Source: Bugula neritina (taxonomy: Eukaryota > Animalia > Bryozoa). From it: 64,000 nt of DNA. Shown piece by piece: positions 26,901 through 41,900 of the stretch. The notes beneath the pieces are model-generated. The model had not been told where the DNA came from and did not search any database. It worked only from the letters and a program-made list of their open reading frames with translations. The position numbers and the translations under genes are program-made. Location of the stretch: positions 5,280,698-5,344,697 of the forward strand of contig OZ037765.1 in NCBI GenBank assembly GCA_964035545.1, written 5' to 3'. Positions within the stretch are counted from its first letter, which is position 1. Each line of letters opens with the position of its first letter.

Positions 26901-29900
26901 ACCTTTGAACTCGCGTGTGTTATTTTTATGTTTAGTTATTCTCTATTTTGACCTGCACACTCTAGTAGTTGGGTTTTCTTGGTTGGTTTAGTTACTGACT
27001 TATTCGATGAATTTCAAAACTAGATAATGCAATTGACTTCTTAGACTTGGAGTTGATCATGATTATTTCTCATAATTACACCAATGCTGCTGTAGCCCAG
27101 TTGCCATAGTATAGCGTGTTCAGCTTGTATCCATGGAAACAATGAGTAACTAAGAACACTGCAGTAGCCAACAGCTCTTTCACACTCAGTGTGTAGTGCA
27201 GATAATTCAGTAGCAGCCAAAGGCATGCAGGAAAAATTTTCATTCTGTTAGTAATTTTAAAACAAAGAACAAAGCCCAGGCAGGCCTATCGATCAGTGCT
27301 CTAATATAGCTGATCTAATCTACACTGATGGCTATCACATACTGTGAATACAACCTCCACTATACTATATTTAGTAAACAAGTTCAACCTGTGCTAGCTG
27401 CTAGTAGTCGGTTATACTACAGCTATCTCGTGACCTTACTCTAACAGCAAGTGTGGCAGGCTTCTGTTTGAGTAAATATTGACCCTAAATAGAATGTTTG
27501 TTAAACATGCCTTAATAAATAAGTTACATTGTTTTGTTTGGTGAAAGCATTTCCTGTAGTATCATTATGCTGGTTTTTCTTATTTCTGTTCTACAATTTC
27601 CATCTCATCGCAGGACCATAAACCAGATTCCCCAAAGGAGAGGAAGAGAATCGAGCAGATGGGTGGGAAGGTGGTGCCCAAGGCTGGGGTGCCTCGGGTT
27701 GTCTGGCACAGGCCGAGGGAGAAGGGGCCAGTCAGGAGGGCGAACCAAGTTGACAGCATACCTTTCCTGGCAGTAGGCAGGGCATTAGGTGAGTCATACA
27801 GGTGTATATATCCCTCCCCTCTTTAGTTCAGCTGACTATAAAGAGTCATCGTCTTCGCTATGGTTACTGATGACTTCCCAAATAATTACCTGTGGAGTGA
27901 AGGGCGGTTCTGCCCCTCCCCAATATATTTCCAATAACTGATTATGTGTGTTTTATCTGGTCCTACATGCAGTATAGGAGATGTTTATACTGTGTGGAGA
28001 TGTAAACCACAGCTAGTACCCTATACAATGTAGTTGCATTATTTTTACACCAACCTAAATGACAACCACAACATCCTATGAGGTTATAAACTCAGCCAAC
28101 AGTAGATATCAGTGACTGTCAATATTAAAACAGAAGACATCAGTGGATATCAATAAGATAATATATGTGAACCTAAGTGAGAGTTGAATACAAAGTATTG
28201 TACTATGTCAACACTATTAAACTTTTCTACCCTTCTAATATTTCCAGTTTGTATGCATTCAACACTTTAATTTTAAAAACAGAAATGAATGATAAACTTA
28301 TTCAAATAAAGAGTGTTGATTGACATCTTTTTCAACACTGCTTTGAACTTTTAAATTGTATATATTTAGAGTTACCATCATCTATTCAGACAGTCTCGTT
28401 TTTTAACATCAGAAAATGTGCCTAAGCAGGAGTTGTCTTTCCTCTTCAGGTGACCTGTGGAGTTACAACTTTGACAACAAGCAGTATGCAATCAGCCCCC
28501 AACCGGACGTGCAGGTCTTGCCCCTCGACCCCTACGAACACAAGTGTTTGATACTGGCCACAGACGGACTGTGGAACCTTCTAGACTATAAAACTGCCGT
28601 CTCTTCTGTAGAAATGATTGAAAGAAAGTGGTTTAGAGAGGCTATATACGAGAAGGTGAGCTCATACCTGTGAATAAATTATTAAGTTTTCCGTTGCAGC
28701 TGCAAAGTCTCAAGATCTAAAGTGGAACGTGAAGGTTTCTAAGATGCTTTCTGAATCTAACAGTTACATTTTTATTTCAATTAAGGCAACTAAGTGTCCC
28801 TAACAACTTTATACAAACATCTAGAAGTCGTCTGTTAAAATCGCAAAAGTTTGTTTTCAGTTAAAACTTATCAATTTTGTTAGTTGGTGTTTAGACTCGC
28901 TTGTTGTTCTGTATACTTTTCTGCCAAATGACCAGCTTGTGCTTTCTCTGTTAGGGCAATGGCATAGTGGCAAGTATTCACTCCTACATTTTTTTCTGCT
29001 GGCATTGCTAGGCTTTTTAGCACCGTTGATATTTTTGTGTTGCTTTTAGATCATGGCTTCATGCCTTAACAGATTTGTGAGATTGATTGTAGAGCACTGA
29101 ATATAATATGGTGTAACTCTTTGAGAGTTATGCTCTCTTGTGTGACTGCCTGTATATTCAGTGGAATGAGTAACTGTTTGACCATCATAACATCCTTGGT
29201 TTAATCACACCTTTGTTCGAATCCTGGTTTATGTTCATCCTAACCTCAGTGTTTTTGATTATATACAATATTCTAGCCATTATGTAAATAACTGATTATT
29301 TTGCAATTTTTATAACCAGAATTGTCTTCTCTTTATTAATATGCTAAAAATAACATTCCAGGGGCACCCAGTGTCCGGGGACCCGTACTACCACCACGCT
29401 TCAAGTCTGGTCAACCTGGTGCTACGGCGGTGGCGCAGTCGCCAGCTACGAGCCGACAACACCAGCGCCATTGTCGTCATGATAGATCCGCCGGGCCACC
29501 CAGTCCAGGAAACCCTGGCCCGGCTGTCGGCCCTCTCCGCCAAGACTAGGGAGGAGAAGCAGCAGTTCTGTGCCTCGTCGTATCTCGCCGTAAGTTTACT
29601 TCCTGTCGTGTCTCAGTGCAACTTCAGTGACTTCTACAAGAACAGGGCTATACTTTACTTACTCTATAGCTTAGCCTGTGTTTCCAGCTTTTTGTTTATT
29701 ATGTCGGTAGTTTCTTGGCTAAGCACAAAGAAACATTAGTTCTATAAGAGAGTGCAACTCTAAATATTATATCACTTTAGCTGATGGTTTGCTTCTGCTT
29801 GTTTCAGTCGAAGTGTTCCTTACGCATTTTTTGTACATATTTATTTGTAGTTTCCAAAGCAATTTATTTCGTTTTGTAAAGATTTCTGTTGTGCTGTAGG

Positions 29901-31586
29901 AAAATGAGGGTAAGCTAGACGCTGCAGAGCAATACATCTTGGAAATGGCTGGCCCCTACACTCTCCCATCTCACGGTGAAAAGGACAGATTCGAGCTGCA
30001 CTTTGGCAAGCCGGCTATACGACACGCCGTTCCCGCTGATACAAGAAAATCTAAGGCTACAAGTAGCATTGCCATGTACGATGTCATTATTCACAAAGTT
30101 ATGTCCCCCTGTAAGAGTGCCGGAAACCTGCCCGCACTGGTAGATCCTTTGGATTCTGAACCTAAGCTAAGGTAAACTTGTCTTATACAAAGCAACCAAT
30201 CCATAAACTTGTCTTATACAAAGCAACCAATTGGTCACCTTGTTTTATAGGCATTGCAGGGTGTACATTAAGTTCGTAGTTAGTAAAGGAGATTGTTGGT
30301 ACACAATCCTTCAAGAGATTGTTTCTAGTGAAAGTAGAAATCTATTTATAACTTGTTGATGTATCTGGAAATTGTAGTATAATTTGAAAAATTTCATCAA
30401 TAATTCAAAGGATTAGCGGTTAAAAGTCTTTAGATTTGGGCGAAATGTACCAATTTAATGGGTTTTGCTGCTGAGGTGAAATGTTTTGCCAAATGATGTG
30501 CCATGCTACTGGAGTTATGCTCTCTCTTGTATCTACTTGCAGAAGAACACTGTCTAGTAATGACATGAAGCTTCTAGAACCAGGAAATGAAAGAATAGAA
30601 TTAGATCTATGGCCGTGTAAGGATGTGGAAGACCCCGCCCCATCACCGGCTGCTGATTCAGAAAGTCTGCCTCTATGCATGCGGGACGAACATCCTGAAA
30701 GCGTGAAAGCTGAAACTAATAGCCGAGATGATGAAGCAGTTGTTTCTCCTAGGGTGAGACACCCCTTCCACTTGCATATTCGTCTCCACTTTATAGTTTA
30801 GTCTTGTGAATTTACCAAAAACATGTTTCAAGTGGTGATGATTCACTGTTGTAAAACCGTTAATTGCATATACAGTGCTTCCTCCATATCTCACTAAGCT
30901 ACGGGTCCCAAAATATCAATTCGTGACATAATAGAATACCAGATTTAACTAATGGATCTGTAAATTCAGCCATTTTGTGCCTATCACACATACATAAGCC
31001 ACAAAATGCAGGCCCAAGCCCTTTCCGTGAGATATGGAAGGAGCACTGTGTAAATCATTGTTGTAATGAACAGTTTTCAATGCATAGTTGCCATGTTGGC
31101 TAGTAGCCTTTGAAAGTTGTATTTTACGTTTACCTGTTTCATTAATATTCAATTTTACCTGCATTGTGTATGATTGTGTAGACAAGTTCTGAAGAAGATG
31201 AACCCAGTTCTGTGGATAAAGCGTCGCCTCCATCTGTTTCACCATCTGAAGTGCCGAGTCCACAACTGGATAGACCGTCACAGTCCCTTTCAGGCAGTCC
31301 GTCTAGATCTCACCCCATCATGAGGCACCTTAAAGGCGTAGCCAAGTCTCTGGCGTCTCTGCATGGCAGCAAGAAAAAAGTTACGTTGAACACTCGAAGC
31401 ATGAACTTGAGACGTAAAGTTAAGAACCCAACTATTGTTCTTGGGAGTCCTTTGAAGAAAAGGAAGCACGGAAGTAGTTTAGAGATATTCAACTGTAAGA
31501 GGCAAAAAGTCGTGCCACCTCAGGTTCAGCTGACTAAAGTGTCAGTACCAGAACTGAGGAGTGGATTACGCCCACGACAGAAGTGA
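23915..31586 (+). CDS. PPM1D: Protein phosphatase 1D (Wip1, PP2C family), ~652 aa, 8 exons
   Basis: Exons 23915-24206, 26717-26886, 27614-27788, 28450-28655, 29362-29589, 29900-30171, 30543-30753 and 31182-31586 total 1959 nt. Motifs [60 protein letters not shown] and LRADNTS are present, followed by a basic low-complexity tail. Confidence 0.93.
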
Positions 31587-33678
31587 TCTACTACCTCATC
31601 TAGTAGCGTGTAAACTAGGCAATTCCACAATCAGCTATGATAGAATTACCTCAATTTTAGTATACAGCATTTAGTGTAAATAGTAGAATCTACAGGAAAA
31701 CTGGGCAATGTATGGACTTCTTGCATTATAATATAATATGTTAAAGTCTTAGTCACTATTGAAATTTAATTTGATATTTGCTATCAAAAGATATTCAATC
31801 ATTTCTTTGTAAATATATCTGCATGCCAACTGTAAAATTTAATGTATCTTCTAATGGTAGATTCTGGCTCAATGTTGAACAATATTTTATGTAAATTGTG
31901 TAAATTCTCTAAAATTTTTGTCTATTTAATTATTACAGTATCATATTTTAGTTTCAGGATATCATTTTTGTCCCATTAGTATTATAACAGTCTCTACTGC
32001 ATGTTATTTTGAGTGAAAAATATTTATTTCTTAAACTTTCTTGTATTGCTTTGTGTGTATAAAGTATATAATTTTTATTGTTATTAGACACTGGATTTGA
32101 CCACTGTTGGAGTTGAATAAAATCATGATTGTTATTTCAATCGTCCATATTTCAGACAAGCCTGTCCATATCTTTCAACTGTCCGTTAATACAAACCTCG
32201 TCAGTCATCTCCTAGCATAAAACAGACCTGTAGGTTTCAGTTATTGTGCTTAGCAAAGCTGTGTTCACTGCATAGTTGTTGAGTGAATAGGCTGTAAGTA
32301 TGCTAGGAACTTGCAGTATATCCACATTTACATGTATCAGGTTGAACAATTTTACATTTTGCTTTCAATTGTCACTTGATTATGCGGGTACTTGTTCAAA
32401 AATAGCAGTTGTTGTGTCAACTAGAGTTCATGTCTTACAATACTTAATAGCTATAATTAGTAGATTTATGTGAATCGTGCATTTCCTTATTGTCAAAGTC
32501 AGTATATATAATACTTGGGTAGAGTCAGTTGCTAAATTCCACAGAGTTATCATTTATATTCTTAGTTGTACCTAATAATATAATTCATTACAAGTCAGCA
32601 CCATCCCATCACATACTATCATAACACTTGGAAGGACTTGTATTATCTAAGGCCATAAACTTGCAGGTGTTTTTGAGATACTCCCAAAATATCTTTCTTA
32701 TCCAACAACTGACATATATATTATTGAACTATCAAATAACGATAAAACTGTGGCAGATAAATACTATTTTCAGTTTTAAATCATGACTGCTAAAAAGTTT
32801 CTACACAAAGAAAATCGGAATATGAAGCTACTGCCAATAGCCTGGGCACTTAAAAATCCTGCTTGGGAGTAAGAGTGCTACTGACTTGCAATAACTGGTA
32901 AAGAGTTACCTTAAATAAATTGCCTTCAATTGTTGAGTGACAACATCTCCATATTAGTACACCATAAACTGACTAAGCCATGAGATTTGATATTGCCCCA
33001 AAGTTGAGTTGATACAGTAAAATGCAGTGTATGTACAGTAAAGTATGGAGTATGTACATGCAGTAAGGTGTAGTGTGCTGTGTATGTACGACAGTAAAGT
33101 GTATAGTGTGTACAGTAAATATAGCAGTGTATTCGCAGTGAGGTGTAGATTATATGTACAGTAAACTTCTCGTACATTAAAGGATAAAATAGTAAACTAA
33201 ATAGAAATCACAGTTAATATTAAATGGGGACTGCACCTGTAATTGGACAACAGCTAGCTGATTAAAAATAGTATAGAATTTTATTTTAAAAATAGATTAA
33301 CAAGAAAATTTCATGATGGAAATCTAAAATATATATTGGAGCAAAACCAATAACATATCATTGAAATTATAACAGGAACCATAAACTTTAGAATTAACTA
33401 TTAAAACAAAATATTTAGATTAATGGGTATGCATTAAGGAATTATAATTTTACGATTAGTTTAAAACAATTGTTAAACATGGGATTTCTATGAGGTGATA
33501 GGATCCATAATTTCATTTAAATTACCTTCCACTGTTGTAGAAAAAAAGGCTAAAGGTAGATTGTCTTTGGGGAAAACATACCTGGGTAGCTAAAGCCTGC
33601 AACTCCTTACTACATCTTAAGTAAAAATATGGTTTAGTACAATGATAGGAAATAGAAGTATGTGTAATTAAGAAATAT

Positions 33679-35883
33679 TTAGTTGAAAAGTTTAGGAATA
33701 TGAATGAGCGCAGCAAGTAGTAACGTGAGACACAAGGGCAACTGATCAAGTGTGCTGCCAGTAGACGGGTCATCTTTGCATTCGGCATCATCAACAGTAT
33801 CAGCCTGTGAAATAAAATCAACATTGAAAAAGCTATATGTTAGTTAAGTGATAGTCACAGAGTCTAGTTTTGTAGAAACACTGCAGTTTGTATAAAGTTG
33901 TGATATTCAACCAAAGAAACTTGGAAAAATATAACAAATTAAATTTTGATAACTTAGGGTCTATTGGGGTGCGTTTTACGTGCACATGGGCTTGTATGCA
34001 TGTGTGCGTGCACACGAGTGTACAATGTGTGTATGCAAGCGTATGGTAGTGTGTTGGTGTGTGTGTGGGTGTATGTGCATGTGTGCGTGTATGTTGGTAT
34101 GTGTGTATGTGGTATGTGTGTATGTTGGTATGAGTGTATGTGTTTGCGTGTGTGTATGCAAGCGTGTGTGTTGGTATGTGTGTATATATAATGTGAATAT
34201 ATAAAGCATGCATATGTAACTTACATCTGGTAAGTCAGTTGGGCATTCATCAGTCCACGTATCATCTGCTAGACCATTCTTTTCATTGTAATCTTTCAGC
34301 CAATCATACAGAGGCTGGAAGTACTCAATTAGAGGGTCAGCGGACATATTCTTGGTCCCTGCAATGGCCTCCAATGCTATATCCCACTCTTTTGAGGAAC
34401 CCAGTTTCAACATGTCACTAAAAATACACATCTGGCTGTTTTATTCATCACATGCTGTAAACGGCTTCAGATGTATGATTTTGGAGCTATGAATCACAAT
34501 GCCCGACCAAATTACACCACGCCTACATGAATCAACTTTTAGGATCTAATATAGCAAACAAAGTGGGTGCAGTAATGGAGAAATTGAGAAAAGCCTGTGT
34601 TCTAGATTAGAAATATAGCAAAAGAAGTTATGTTCTCGAAAAAATTTCAACTGGTGCCCCAAACCAAAATTGTATATAAAAATTAAAGAATTTGGGCTAT
34701 CTCAATTTCTCCACTACTGTACCTAAATAGTAGTAACCCAGTTGCTCAGCTGTATGGTGTAGATGCAAATTCTTATCATATTAAAAACTGTAGAATCTCT
34801 CTATATATACTAATCATGATACAATATGGGACCGATGTTGAAACTAAGAGAAAGTAAACATTGAAGCAGCAAGTGTCACTGATATGTTACATAACTACCA
34901 AGTGAACACCTATAGGAATACATTTCTAAGACTGAACAAGTTTACTACGTTTGTAATGTTCACAGAGCACAGCTAATTACCCACCGGATATTATTATAGA
35001 TCCAAGCACAACATTATGAGTAATTTCAACATTACGAATTCATCGACATCTCAAGTAGTTTTTTGAACGCACTATTAGTTTAATGGATTTGTTCTCTAAT
35101 ATATTAGTAATTATTGTTTTACAAATAACCATCTTAATGATTAATGGGGAGATAATAAACTCTTGGAACTCCTAAGTGCAGCGTTACCTTATAACAGGGT
35201 CTGCTGCTACACTTACCCGAGTTTCTTCCCAGCTTCTTTAGACCTGTAGATGTCACAAGTGTGAAGAGGCCCCGTGTGCCCAGCCGCAGTGCACAGCGCC
35301 TTGTGGAATTGAAATTGCAGCACAAAGCTTACAAAATACCTACAAGGTGAGCATAGAAAGTTTTTTCAACTGTTCAAAAAATTTTACTTTCTATGAAGCA
35401 TCAACAATAATGTCCTATAAATATCAAACCTTAATCATTAGAGCTCATGTGATAATGATACCCTTACAATATTATATAGAGTATAACCCATCATAATATG
35501 TACTAATCACAAATAAAAAGCTAATTGTGTATAGTACGGTGTGTTGTATGTTAAATGACTTTACATTAGCCTAGCTTCATCAGTAAGCATAATATACTAT
35601 GCTGAAGGAACTCTTTTATTTTAATCTTGTCAACAACACATCTCTGTACTTGCTAAGCAAAAGCTTTTAACCACAGAACATTATAAACGCATATATTGGG
35701 TGTAATTTCTAGAGTTGTCTCACCTGACATATGGAACGTTGGCTGGAATATGATATTTACCACCAGCATCGAAATCATTCTCACTTCTCTTTACTGGAGG
35801 AGATACACCTTGATATGTACACCTAGATTATAATGTAAAACATAAAGTACCATCAAACTGTATGCACTTCACACGCAGTTAAA

Positions 35884-35975
<92 letters not shown>

Positions 35976-38900
35976 AAGTACATTAAAAACACAATTCCAG
36001 GGTGTCTGTGCTATAGTTTGCTTTGATATTGAAATTATTCAAACTGTTTCTATAATAATAGAAACAAAGAGTGGAATAATTCCTTTGCCAAAATTTGTCT
36101 TTCAACTTTAATTTTGTTTTAAAAAAATCAATTAGTATGGTTTGCATATTGTAAACACATTCACTATTAAAACAAGATCAAAGCTTGAAGATAAATGACT
36201 TGCAGTTCTATACAAGCTGTGTTGTAACTATATTTACAATTAATTTTTTTGAAGTGTGAAAATGATCTATTTGAGTTTGACAAGAGCACGTACTCTAAGT
36301 AACCTTTTGATAAAGTTACATACATTAGTGAAAGTGTTAAATTAGTTATTATATATATCGCTGATAAGGTTTATACAAAAGCTATAAAATGTTTTAAAAT
36401 GACTTTATTGCAACTTTTTATGCTGTCTATACAAAATATTACCGGATTCGGTTTTACCAGACTATTTTTATATTGGAGTAGAAAAGTTGTAAAAGTGGAA
36501 TATGCAAAAACAAATACCTTCTTTTCCACCACTGTGCATTCAGGTCATTGCTGGTGATTGTTCCATCAAAAAGTGCCCATCGGAAATCATCCATCAGTTT
36601 ACCAAAAGGCAAAAAGACAATTTTATCCAAAGCTATTGCCATCATATAATTTATGTTTGCCTCTGTAGATGTGTATAAATAAGAACAAAAATAAAATCAT
36701 ACCCAACGCAAAATGAGTGCTTTGTTTTGATAAACTCTTACTGCAACCACAATGTCACCTGCCAACATATATTGTACAGACACAGATGTATTAGATAATT
36801 CTATGAAGTTTCTTGGAGATTTGCCAAATTACATATATTTTGACCTATTGATTCCTACAGGAACATTCAGTCACTTTAAATATCAACATGATGAAATGAT
36901 TACATTTAAAAAATAATGATCTGATAAAAAATTCAGTGGATCTCTTCCAAGGTTTTAGAACAGACTATAAACCGTGCATTAAGCATAGCATTGCCACCTG
37001 TGTTACTTTTAGCTCCTGTATATTGAAACATTGTTGCTGTGACGCTTTTAAATGATGTTTTGATAGAAATTCATGCATAAGAAGCACTACGCACCATCAT
37101 TTTCCTCATAAGAGTCTATTAGACCGACTTCTTTGAGATGTTTTGGTGTAGAGACGGACAGGGCTAATACATCTCCAACAGCCTCATGAAAGCCTGTTAT
37201 TTGTACAAAGAGTATAACTGCATGTTTCGTACCAACACACTTTGATATAATGCATTTCTTAGTGAGTAAAATTTGAGGTAGGTGCAGTAATGGAGAAATT
37301 GAGAAAAGCCTGTGTTCTAGATTAGAAATTTAGTAAAAGAAGTTATATTCTTGCGAGAAGTTGAACCTGCCACCAAACCAAAATTTAATAATAACATTAA
37401 AGAACTTAGGCTACCTCAATTTCTCCACTACTGCTCCTAAATGTAAGATTTTAGCTTCACCATAGCTTAGTAAATAAAATTCTAGCTCTGTTATAATTCC
37501 TGATAAAAACAGTCAAGGACAACTTTGTTTGTAAACAGGTATGGCCTTATTTAAAAGGAAGTGTATTATCTATAAGGTAGAAGATAAATTTAGAAAATAA
37601 TAACTGTTAAGAAAATATTTCAAAACAAGTTTAGATCTGATTATAGCCAAAGTTAAACACCATAGGTAGAAATTTATCTCTATAAGAGCTGCGTATCTGT
37701 GGCAAATAGATAAATTATCTCGAATAATATTTATAGCAGAACCTTGGGGAAATCACAGTTCCTCCAGCATTTGTAAATTGATTCTTGTTGATCGAGGCAC
37801 AATTTAGATAAAGATAAAAATACTCAATCATAGACTTTGGCCCTCTTTAGAAAACTCAAGTACGTTTGAAGTGATTTTAACAGATCTTGAAAGCGTTTAT
37901 GATACATTAACAAAATTTACACTTCTCCACCCAGTCACTGGATTCGATACTAAAAAGGCAAAGCCATTCTTAAACACTAAAATCTATCATAAAAGCTGCC
38001 AAACATGACTCATAATTAAAAAATTTAGTTAAATAAACTCTAACCTAAGAACAAAGTTATATACATAATGGTAAAATACGGTGATGTTTTACCAGGATTA
38101 GCGCCAGCTCTAAAGGAATACAGCAGGTCTTTATATTGAAGGTAATATTGAATGTGTCCCATCTCATGGTGCACAGTGATGAAGTCTTCCATGTTGAGTC
38201 GAGTGCATTGCTTTATTCTAAAATAATATAAGCACAAGAGCAATCAGTTTAACCTAATTTAAAACATTCCAAAAAAGGAACAGAGTGTTATTCAGTAGTT
38301 ACAATTAGTCTTGCTTTTGTAAATATAAATTGATAATAGTAATTTTCAATGCTAAAAACATTTCCTAGCAAAAATAATTCAATCTAAAACTGCGAAAGAT
38401 GTACAAAAAAAGGCTGTATAAGCCCTCTCATACTTGGCAAAGAAAAAATCATCAATGATTGGCAAATTTTACACATGCAAAAATAAAAGGCATAGAGCAT
38501 GGAAGTCTGTAATGATTTCAAAGTTTGCTACAAATGTGACGTGAGTTGCCTAATAACCAACATATTAAAATTACAACTCAAAATTTTAATTGAAATATTA
38601 CAAACCTAAAATCTTTGCCATCTGCGAAATCCCACGCAGATGCGTGACAGATGACGTCTCGGCCATCTTTGGGTTTCTCAAGCATGGAGTTGTCCCAGAA
38701 TTCCTGGGTAACAGTTTCCAGGCCCAAAGATGTGAAGAACTCATCCGAAATGTTAAACACATCACGAATAGTCAGCTACAAGACCAGTTTATACGTATCG
38801 AGATTTCAACTTCACTGACAAATAACGTGAGCCTAATTCATTATGTGAATAGATGCTGGTACTGATGAGTTTGTGGTTACAGTTTGTATGAACTTACAGT

Positions 38901-41900
38901 ATTCGAGGCTTGGAAAAAAGTGATTGGGCTGTTTCTGGTCAATTTTTGCAAAATAGTTTAATGCCCTCATCAGCACTTTTAAAATGGTATTTATTACATG
39001 ATATATTGGCGGCCCAAAGACAGATGTTTATGGGCTGTTGAGTAATTGTGATTAAAATGGCAAAACCAAGCATTTATATTACATGCCTTTTGTTGGGAAA
39101 AATTTGCACTTTGTATAAAGAAAACAACAACTAGCATAATATATTTTTAAATACTAATTTTTAGACTAATTTTTATCGACACTATTTACCACATTTTTAA
39201 AAACTAAAACTAAAAAGGCTCCATACTAATCTGCCTTCGATCTTGCACAATTTTATGAAAAAAGTACCAGAAAAACATCAGAGACAAAGTCATTTTAGTA
39301 TAGTAGATAGTTCTGATCTTTAGCAGCACTTCTTGGTATTTACTCAAACTCAGTTTATTTTACCGAGACTATAACCAAACATTTCTTTGGCAAACAGAAA
39401 TGTATATGTGTACGTATGTTTTGAGGGTCGGGTTTCTTAGCTAAGGATAGTTTTAGGTGGGAGACAGCTCATTACCTTTTGAATGGCGGGAGTAGCGTTG
39501 ACAGATTTTGAAGATTCATAAGGTAGAACAAGATCTTCAACGTTGACCCAGGTTTGGGCCCACATGTTTCCTATACAGAGTGAAAGAAGTGGATGTAAAC
39601 CCATATATACTGAGAACAAATTGACAACCTATAGTCTCAGTTATCGGCAATAAAGCAATGATGAATAATTATGCAGCTGGTAGGCTAGACCTCAATGCAG
39701 CTTAAAACAATCTAAAAGCAATATTCCGTTAGTATAGAACTACTTTTCAGTTTTACAGCTGCAACTAATGCATAAACAGAGTGCCAGCAGTTTGAATTTG
39801 TAGATAACAGGCATGAATTTGTAGAATATACATGAATTTTTAGAACAGCCTATGAGCTGTAGAAGAGAAAAGGAGTTTTAAAATAGACATGAACTTGTAA
39901 AAAAGACAATGAACTATAGAATAGACAAGGAAACTGTAAAAAAGACAAGTATCTATAATAAGATTAGAAGAGATCTGCTACCTAACAGATGAGCTGGGAT
40001 ATGTCCAGATTTGGGAAACTTATCAGCCCCATAGTACGCCTTCAGTTTGCTCTTGACATAGGTGTGTAACTGAAAGTTAATAATATACAACATTATGTAA
40101 GTTCAATTGTGATGAATGAATAATATATACACACTGCAAGTAACACTGCATTGCATACCGCTTCCATCAAATGAACATTGCACCTGTTTAAGGAATATAC
40201 ATACAAATCCTAGCTTCTTTGTCAAACTGACTGCATGCCAAATTTGCTAGATCTAGTTTAGCAGTTGAAAGCAATGCAAAATTGGAGAAATACATTTTCA
40301 ATAATTCTATGTGCATATTTAGGCATTGAAGATAGTTAGATTTGAAAAAGCAGAAGAGGTGAGAAACATGGCATAGGAAATTATAGAAACATTATAATAC
40401 GTTATTTCGAACATAAGAGATGTTAACAAGAATAGCTTATAAAATGTAAAAATTGCTACCTCTTTATAGAAAGGTTTTAGTTGACCATACAACTTCTCCA
40501 AATCGGCTCTGAAATCATATCCTTCTATAGAGTACCCGTCTCTCCAATATGCACCAGCATCAGCATAACCTGCAGCATATTATTCTTGCAAATGCAGGTA
40601 AACTTTTCTCACAGTCTGATATTTTCCTTGACTAAATACTTATATATTATGAATAAAACTAACTGAGCACTAATGGCAACTGCTAAATTTGCTTCTTTTT
40701 CAAAAAATTCTTTTAAAGAATCTCATTATGTAAAATATGTAGCCTGAAATTAATACTTACAAGACATTTTTAAGCAACGAACTAAAATCTTTTTAAAATG
40801 ATTTTGGTTAGAGTTGTCTCCTCAACTTGTTTTGGTGAGAGATCAAATAGTATACTTTTAGACGTTTACTGCTAATTACTGCTAATTTAACGTATTTGCC
40901 CACAGCTTCATCTATCCATTGCACTAAGATTTAAAACACAAACTCAACTGTTATCGCATATGAAAGTCACATACCGGCCACTACTTGTGCCCTATGACGT
41001 GGTTTTATGAAAATTAAGCAAAGCAGTAAACTAAATAAAATAAAAAAAATTGATGTTTTCATTTTCACTTGAAAGCATGACTGCATGACTCAACAAAAAC
41101 TTTCTAATGTTCAACTTTACAATAAACGCACGTACTTACTACTTTACAGCATTGGTCGGTAAAATTCAGTAGATATCAAAGTATTCACATATTTCTAGAT
41201 ATTTTATAGCAATCAAAGAAAATAACTTGAGTTTGCTTTTAAAGTAGTGAGATTTTCATACAATGACCTCAATGCAAGGTCAAAGAGAATACTGTGACAT
41301 AGGGAATAACTAGAAGCAGCATCGAGTTGGGAGTGACTGGGTGCAGAGGTTGTATACAAGTTCAACTCCAAACTGGAGACCCCCAAACCAATGCACTCAA
41401 TGACCACTAGCTCGCCACTACTTCATACAAGAGGGTCTTCTTTACTAACCGTTCAGCCTAGCAGCCTCGTTTTGCAGCTCAACAAACTCCAAATAATCCT
41501 CTCTCATGACTTTTCCTGTGGCATCTCTCCAGTTCTTCCAAATCCACAACAGATCATCGTAGTTTCTACCGTTAGCCAGCATCTCTGTAAGTTCTGTGAT
41601 AAACCAATAGAGTATATTATGTTTATTGTACACTCAATTTACTGTTGGGGGGGGAGGGGGGCTGCACTAGTATCCAGTTGTGTAGTAAGTTTTGCAGTAG
41701 TCATGGAGCTTCTGGTCAAATTATTTCAGCAATTAATTATTTAAGTAATAAACTAAAACTGGTGTTAAAAGGTTTCTGAAGATTTGTCCCCTCGGTTACC
41801 TACTACTTCATCAGTAACCCCCCTCCCCCTCTTCCTTCTTAGCTCAGGTTTAACATTCGGAATTAAAAGTACATATTTTTTGTTCTCTGTAAGCTTTTAA

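Noticed and set aside
32830-32912. Alternative ACE terminal exon (VTLYQLLQ...)
   Set aside because: Weak AAG acceptor and no homology support.
33833-34213. His/Thr- and Cys/Val-rich ORFs
   Set aside because: Translations of a GT microsatellite in an ACE intron.
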